The notes beneath the pieces were generated by a model. It was given only the letters and a program-made list of their open reading frames with translations. It was not told where the DNA came from and did not search any database. A stretch of 64,000 bases of DNA from Octopus sinensis. Its lineage: Eukaryota. The stretch spans positions 24,180,001-24,244,000 of the forward strand of contig NC_043021.1 of assembly GCF_006345805.1 (NCBI RefSeq), written 5' to 3'. The translations under genes and the position numbers were made by a program. This document shows positions 56,761-64,000 of this stretch, one piece after another. Numbering within the stretch: the first letter of the stretch is position 1; each line of letters opens with the position of its first letter.

Positions 56761-57017
56761 CGTTGGCGATTTTCTTCCTCCGTCTTCCCTTCCATTGGAC
56801 TTTCCTCTATTTCTGAAGAAGAGTTTTGCTCGAAATGTTAAGTCCTCTTTCCTTCCTTTCCTGAGCCTATGATAATACAGTACTTGCACCAGCGCCTCGC
56901 GTTATCGTTCGTTCTTCTTTGTTTGGATTCACTATGTATAGATCGGGATAAAATAAATTCGTTATGTTTTTCTTCTCGTCCAGCTACTCATCTTTTTGCT
57001 TCTCCCTTTTCTTCTTT

Positions 57018-57067
<50 letters not shown>

Positions 57068-57208
57068 TTGCGTCCAAGTATATATATGTGTGTGTATGTA
57101 TATATTGTGTTATATATATGTCTATATTATATATTGTATATTAATATATATGTATGTATTATATATATATATATATATATAATATATATATATATATACA
57201 CATATGTA

Positions 57209-57250
<42 letters not shown>

Positions 57251-57539
57251 CCGTAATAATGAAGGGTGAAATTAATTAATTTGGAATAATTATCAATTAC
57301 ACCAAGTAGTCTTCGGCATGTAAAAGCCTCATTTGAGGAAAATTTAAGTAATACTAAGCAATAAGGGTTCAGCAACGAATTGCCTTACCACATACCGAAT
57401 TTAGAAATAGCAGTCAAAGGGTTATAGCTATTTCTTCTACTAAAAAGGGAGATCTCAGTAAAAACAGCAATTGGAAGGCTGACACAAACAGGTAAGAGAG
57501 AATGAATTAACCGCAATCTATCAAACATTTTTAAAGTTA

Positions 57540-57645
57540 TCCACGGACGTACGTTTCGAAATCAAGTTTTAGGAAAGCATAAGAATTAAAATATTAAATA
57601 TTAATAATTCTATCTTACCGAAACTTCTTTTCTCTTCAGCGTGGA
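57540..57645 (-). ncRNA. Type I hammerhead ribozyme (array copy 1)
   Basis: Reverse complement of 58624-58730. Confidence 0.88.
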
Positions 57646-58140
57646 ATACTATAATCATAAATGATTATATATTGAATTTTGAGATACTAGGAGGTACCAA
57701 CTCAACTCAGTATCAGAGCGAGCTAGAATCCTCAACTAGTATCACCGAATTCAAATTTGTGAATGAAACGATTGTGTCAACAGCCCCTTCCCACCCGCGT
57801 GTAGCCAAAACAAGATGCTGTAGTCATCTACTGAGATAAAATATGGTTATCCGTAATAATGAAGGGTGAAATTAATTAATTTGGAATAATTATCATTACA
57901 CACCAAGTAGTCTTCGGCATGTAAAAGCCTCATTTGAGGAAAATTTAAGTAATACTAAGCAATAAGGGTTCAGCAACGAATTGCCTTACCACATACCGAA
58001 TTTAGAAATAGCAGTCAAAGGGTTATAGCTATTTCTTCTACTAAAAAGGGAGATCTCAGTAAAAACAGCAATTGGAAGGCTGACACAAACAGGTAAGAGA
58101 GAATGAATTAACCGCAATCTATCAAACATTTTTAAAGTTA

Positions 58141-58248
58141 TCCACGGACGTACGTTTCGAAATCAAGTTTTAGGAAAGCATAAGAATTAAAATATTAATA
58201 TTAAATAATTCTATCTTACCGAAACTTCTTTTCTCTCTTCAGCGTGGA
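58141..58248 (-). ncRNA. Type I hammerhead ribozyme (array copy 2)
   Basis: Reverse complement of 58624-58730 with small indels in helix II. Confidence 0.85.
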
Positions 58249-58623
58249 ATACTATAATCATAAATGATTATATATTGAATTTTGAGATACTAGGAGGTAC
58301 CAACTCAACTCAGTATCAGAGCGAGCTAGAATCCTCAACTAGTATCACCGAATTCAAATTTGTGAATGAAACGATTGTGTCAACAGCCCAATTTAATAAT
58401 TTCACCCTTCATTATTACGGATACCATATTTTATCTCAGTAGATGACTACAGCATCTTGTTTTGGCTACACGCGGGTGGGAAGGGCTGTTGACACAATCG
58501 TTTCATTCACAAATTTGAATTCGGTGATACTAGTTGAGGATTCTAGCTCGCTCTGATACTGAGTTGAGTTGGTACCTCCTAGTATCTCAAAATTCAATAT
58601 ATAATCATTTATGATTATAGTAT

Positions 58624-58730
58624 TCCACGCTGAAGAGAAAAGAAGTTTCGGTAAGATAGAATTATTTAATATTTAATATTTTAATTCTTATGCTTTCCTA
58701 AAACTTGATTTCGAAACGTACGTCCGTGGA
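58624..58730 (+). ncRNA. Type I hammerhead ribozyme (array copy 3)
   Basis: TCCACG-CTGAAGA-GAAA...TTTC-GAAA-CGTACG-TC^CGTGGA; helix I 6 bp, ~76-nt helix II hairpin, palindromic helix III, GUC triplet. Confidence 0.9.
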
Positions 58731-59223
58731 TAACTTTAAAAATGTTTGATAGATTGCGGTTAATTCATTCTCTCTTACCTGTTTGTGTCAGCCTTCCAAT
58801 TGCTGTTTTTACTGAGATCTCCCTTTTTAGTAGAAGAAATAGCTATAACCCTTTGACTGCTATTCTAAATTCGGTATGTGGTAAGGCAATTCGTTGCTGA
58901 ACCCTTATTGCTTAGTATTACTTAAATTTTCCTCAAATGAGGCTTTTACATGCCGAAGACTACTTGGTGTAATTGATAATTATTCCAAATTAATTAATTT
59001 CACCCTTCATTATTACGGATAACCATATTTTATCTCAGTAGATGACTACAGCATCTTGTTTTGGCTACACGCGGGGTGGAAGGGGCTGTTGACACAATCG
59101 TTTCATTCACAAATTTGAATTCGGTGATACTAGTTGAGGGATTCTGCTCGCTCTGATACTGAGTTGAGTTGGTACCTCCTAGTATCTCAAAATTCAATAT
59201 ATAATCATTTATGATTATAGTAT

Positions 59224-59330
59224 TCCACGCTGAAGAGAAAAGAAGTTTCGGTAAGATAGAATTATTTAATATTTAATATTTTAATTCTTATGCTTTCCTA
59301 AAACTTGATTTCGAAACGTACGTCCGTGGA
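59224..59330 (+). ncRNA. Type I hammerhead ribozyme (array copy 4)
   Basis: Identical to 58624-58730. Confidence 0.9.
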
Positions 59331-59825
59331 TAACTTTAAAAATGTTTGATAGATTGCGGTTAATTCATTCTCTCTTACCTGTTTGTGTCAGCCTTCCAAT
59401 TGCTGTTTTTACTGAGATCTCCCTTTTTAGTAGAAGAAATAGCTATAACCCTTTGACTGCTATTTCTAAATTCGGTATGTGGTAAGGCAATTCGTTGCTG
59501 AACCCTTATTGCTTAGTATTACTTAAATTTTCCTCAAATGAGGCTTTAACATGCCGAAGACTACTTGGTGTAATTGATAATTATTCCAAATTAATAATAT
59601 TTCACCTCATTATTACGGATAACCATATTTTATCTCAGTAGATGACTACAGCATCTTGTTTTGGCTACACGCGGGTGGGAAGGGGCTGTTGACACAATCG
59701 TTTCATTCACACAAATTTGAATTCGGTGATACTAGTTGAGGATTCTAGCTCGCTCTGATACTGAGTTGAGTTGGTACCTCCTAGTATCTCAAAATTCAAT
59801 ATATAATCATTTATGATTATAGTAT

Positions 59826-59932
59826 TCCACGCTGAAGAGAAAAGAAGTTTCGGTAAGATAGAATTATTTAATATTTAATATTTTAATTCTTATGCTTTCC
59901 TAAAACTTGATTTCGAAACGTACGTCCGTGGA
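59826..59932 (+). ncRNA. Type I hammerhead ribozyme (array copy 5)
   Basis: Identical to 58624-58730. Confidence 0.9.
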
Positions 59933-60124
59933 TAACTTTAAAAATGTTTGATAGATTGCGGTTAATTCATTCTCTCTTACCTGTTTGTGTCAGCCTTCCA
60001 ATTGCTGTTTTTACTGAGATCTCCCTTTTTAGTAGAAGAAATAGCTATAACCCTTTGACTGCTATTTCTAAATTCGGTATGTGGTAAGGCAATTCGTTGC
60101 TGAACCCTTATTGCTTAGTATTAC

Positions 60125-60157
<33 letters not shown>

Positions 60158-60687
60158 ATATGTATGTATGTATGTATATATGTATATATATATGTATATG
60201 TATATATATGTATGTATGTGTGTGTGTATGTATCTACCTACTGTCTTCTTTTGTAAAGCATGAAAAGTGATTTACTGGCGAATGCATTAGTAAGCACAAT
60301 AATTATCGTCTGTTTGCTACCATTTTCAAACAAGTCGCATTTTAGACGCCGAAAGATATTGATTTCTGAAAAGTTCAAGTCGCAGTTTAACGAAACTCGC
60401 CGATCATAATAGCGTAGCGTAAAGAATAGGAATGGAATACTTGAGGAAGGCAAAAGAAAGCAGACACTAAAAGCTCGGATCATCTCCATCTTAGCGTTTG
60501 AGTCAAATCGCAAACAGGACATACTACTTAACTGTGCACGGAATATCATATCTGTTGCAAATTCTTCAATATTCCCATAGACTGTCCTTGTCATTTCGAT
60601 ACTATTTTTATGCTAAACGTGAGTAACCTTCGATAATGTGACGTATTACGAATCAAATAAATGCTCCTTGTCATCATCAGCATCATA

Positions 60688-60767
<80 letters not shown>

Positions 60768-60768
<1 letters not shown>

Positions 60769-60920
60769 GAGTGAGAGAGCAGTTCATGCCATCAAAGTGA
60801 CACTGGGGTAAAATATACGAAGCCCAATATATCCATCATGACTACCCGTCTGATAAGGGTACACCAGGCACATGCATCACAACCATATGTGCGCGACATG
60901 GTGATCTCATATCAAGATAA
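60768..60920. mobile_element. Short insert within (TAA)n, probably the 3' UTR of another Dong-like family
   Basis: 150-bp complex sequence bounded by (TAA)n on both sides; family assignment is from context only. Confidence 0.4.
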
Positions 60921-60942
60921 TTATTATTATTATTATTTATTA

Positions 60943-61027
<85 letters not shown>

Positions 61028-61029
61028 CA

Positions 61030-64000
61030 TTATTTCTTTCTTCTTTCAAATTTGCTTCCATTTCTTGCCGAGTGTCTTCCCGACTCCTAGGGCAAAGAAA
61101 CTCATAGTATACATTGGTAGGCCATTAAACCAAACTCAATAGTTCGTTCATTAAAAAAATTTTTTTTTTTAAGTTAAATTAATATACATGAGCAGCAACA
61201 GTTCTCACATCGACAATGCTCTTCTCAATACGTGTGATGTACCAGTTAAGACAATCTTTTGCAATTCTTGCAGGGATGGTAAGCCAGGGATCATTCTCAT
61301 ATAATTTTCGGTTCCCTTCTTGATCATTCCTAGTGCTCCTACGATCACTGGTATTGTAACCGCCTTGAGATGCCACATTTTCTCAATTTCAATGAGTAGG
61401 TCTTTATATTTTCTGAGCTTGTCAAACTCTTTCGCCGAGATATTATGATCACAGGGGATGCTCATATCGATCAATAAGCAAACTTTATTGTTTTGGTCTT
61501 TCACAACAATATCTGGTTTATTGGCCTTGATGGTTCGGTCTGTATGTATTGGAAAGTCCCACAGAATGGTTACATTTTCTCCTTCAGTTACAGCCTCAGG
61601 GTGGTGATTATACCACTTGTCGGCAGTTTTGATATTGTAATGGAGCCAGTGGAGATATTGGCCAACTCTGTCATGTCTTAATTTATACTCCACTGGTGCT
61701 AAGAGATTAGGTGGTCCACTGTTTCAATCATGTCGTTGCAGAATCGGCATTTTGGGTCGGCTCCATTTTTCATCACATTGGCCTGGTAGTTCCGGGTTAA
61801 TAGGCTTTGATCTTGAGCAGCCAGGATGAAACCTTCGCTCTCTGCTTTTAGCCCTGAGCTCCGTAGCCACTGATGGGTTTGCTTCTGGTCAACATCAGCT
61901 TGTTTGCTGCGGGTCACATATTTGCCGTGCAGAGGTTTCTCCTCCCACCTATCAGCCAATTGCTCGTGCGCTTTTTTCATTGCCATCATTTTCACCTTCT
62001 TTGCAACAATAGTTGCCGTACTTCCCTCGGGTTGTTCAGTTTGGGTATCCTGCACGAGATCAATAGCAAATTTTTTGCTCTCCTTTATGATAGAATGAAG
62101 CTTCTTTCGTCTCTCGTGATTTTCCACGAGCTTTATCATCCAGTCATTCGATATTTCGAGATATTTGGCCAGTCCAATTGTGGTTGTTTTGTAAGCTAGT
62201 TCAAATTGGATCAGGCCTCGACCTCCTTGGGCTCTGGGAAGGTAAAGGCGATCTACGTCTGCCTTTGGGTGGTGCATCCTATTACAACTCAGCAGCTTGC
62301 GTACTTTCCTATCTATATTCTTTACTTCACTCATATTCCAGTTCAACACATTGTAGCTATAAGTAACAACAGGAACTGCTAAGGAATTTATAGCTAACAC
62401 CTTGTTACGTGCATTTAGTTCAGATTTCAGGACTGCACGAACTCTCTTATAACATTCCTTCCTGATCTTCTCTTTCATGCTTGCATGCTGAATACCAGAG
62501 CCTTCATTTATCCCTAAATATTTGTATGTTTGTTCTTGCTCAAGCTCTCTTATGACTGTGTCAACATCTAACACGATTGAATTTGTGGTCTTCACTTTCC
62601 CTTTCTGGAAAGTAGCCTTGGCACACTTCTCAAGTCCAAACTCCATCCCGATGTCATCGCTGAATGCTTTCACGGTGCGCAATAGGCCTTCAAGTTCATT
62701 ATTGTCTTTACCATAAAGTTTTAAGTCATCCATATAAAATAGATGGCTTATGTTTTTATTGACAATTTTATACTCATACCCTGTTCTGTTTAATTCACTT
62801 GTAAGGGGTATTAGGGCTATGCAGAATATTAAAGGTGAAAGTGAGTCACCTTGAAAAATTCCACAGTTGATGTTTATATTTTCTGAGGCAAGTACTCCAT
62901 TAGAGTGGTATAATTGGAGATTCGTATTCTACAACGACATATTGTGCTTCAGGAAGTTTGAAATCACAGGGGAAATTTTGAAGATGTCCAGCAATCTCAA
63001 GATCCATGGATGCGGTATACTGTCGAAGGCCTTTTTATAGTCAATCCATGCGGTGCTGAGATTTCTGCGCTTGTTGTGACAGTTCTCAAGGATCATACTT
63101 GATTAGCAGTTGATCGTTGCATCCGTAGAGCCTCGGCAGCACCTTTTGTTCAATGGGGAAAATATCGTTCTTCTCCATGAATGCATATGTTTTCTCCGCC
63201 AGGATAGATGTTAGGATTTTATACGTGGTGGATAGACAGGTTATAGGCCGATAGTTTTTTGGAAGGTTGGTTTCGTTATTCTTTGGGAGTAGGTAAGTAA
63301 TGCCACTTGCTAACCATTCAGGTGTTTTCTTTGGGTCTCTCATAATTCCATTGAGCAGCTGAACTAGCTTATCGTGTGCGCATGGGAGCGATGCGAGCCA
63401 GAAATTCGGCACCCTATCTTTACCGGGGGATTTCCAATTATGGGCCTTCGTGAGTGCCTTTCTTAGATCTGCTATTGTGATGTCTTCCCATGCTTGTTGT
63501 TGTAAATTTTGGTAGGATCCTTCAGTTTGTATAATCCAGTCTGCATTTATGTTGTACGTCTTCTTGTCACTCCAAATCTTCTTCCAAAAGTTTTGAACTT
63601 CTTCCATGGGAGGGGGGTCTTTAACGGTTACTTTCTCCTTCCCTATTTCTCTGTAGAATTGTTTGGCATTGGATGTGAACAGCTTATTTTGCATGTAAAA
63701 CTTGTTTCTCTTCTCAAATCTTCGTATTCTTTGGGCTTTTGCTTGGACTTTTTGTTTCAGCGTTTCTTTTATTGATATCAGTTCTTTCTTGTTGAGGATC
63801 CAAATTTTCTCTTCATCTTTCTTCCTGTTCTGGATCTTACATCATTTCCACATATTAGTTCATTTAATATTGATATTTCCCCTCTCATAAATTCAATCTC
63901 TTTTTCAATTTTACTTCTCCAGGTTTGATTTCTTCCCAGGTTTTGTTTTCTTTGTTTTTTCGGGGTCATACAGCTGGTTTCAATTGCCCTAGCAGAAGCG
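61030..64000 (-). mobile_element. Dong/R4-clade non-LTR retrotransposon (RT, CCHC knuckle, RLE), frameshifted, runs off the window
   Basis: NWKSPGKD, NYRPITCL, WIDYKKAFDS, GIFQGDSLSP, YMDDLKL, YKYLG, CRFC...DHL, RHD, KPDIVV...LLIDMSIP...KYKDL; 3' end in (TAA)n. Confidence 0.95.

Larger units (their letters stand above)
57249..60124. mobile_element. 600-bp hammerhead-containing unit in tandem and inverted array (~1.9 minus plus ~2.9 plus copies), retrozyme/Penelope-pLTR-like
   Basis: Period 600 (57251 to 57851; 58624 to 59224); inversion junction at ~58390; (TA)n at both ends; one hammerhead per unit. Confidence 0.88.

Noticed and set aside
60238-60594. 118-aa non-repetitive ORF as a host exon
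   Set aside because: No recognisable motif or supportable splice structure; needs BLASTx or RNA-seq.
61030-64000. Active intact LINE or novel RT system
   Set aside because: Ordinary Dong/R4 domain order with several frameshifts, some of which may be sequencing indels.

Overview
AT-rich, microsatellite-dense eukaryotic DNA made almost entirely of transposable elements and their relics. The SINE families and repeat make-up suggest an octopod cephalopod (inferred from recalled repeat families, not tested). I can support no intact host gene; nearly all ORF-track entries are translations of microsatellites, SINEs or decayed TEs. Recognisable elements are three tRNA-derived SINE families; RTE, CR1, L1/Tx1 and Dong/R4 LINE pieces (including a >2.9 kb Dong/R4 element at the right edge); mariner, Tc1, pogo and hAT relics; two GG-TIR/8-bp-TSD MITEs; and a non-autonomous Helitron. 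The main signal not in the ORF track is a set of type I hammerhead ribozymes. Eight have intact cores and several more are decayed. They have palindromic helix-III loops and mostly very long AT-rich helix II. They sit in short elements inserted in (TA)n tracts, share a 3' end motif, and form tandem and head-to-head inverted arrays, including a five-ribozyme array with a 600-bp period at 57.2-60.1 kb. One relative carries a Penelope-type GIY-YIG endonuclease ORF with no visible reverse transcriptase. Together these look like a (TA)n-targeted Penelope/retrozyme system. All folds and alignments were read by eye and coordinates of decayed elements are approximate.
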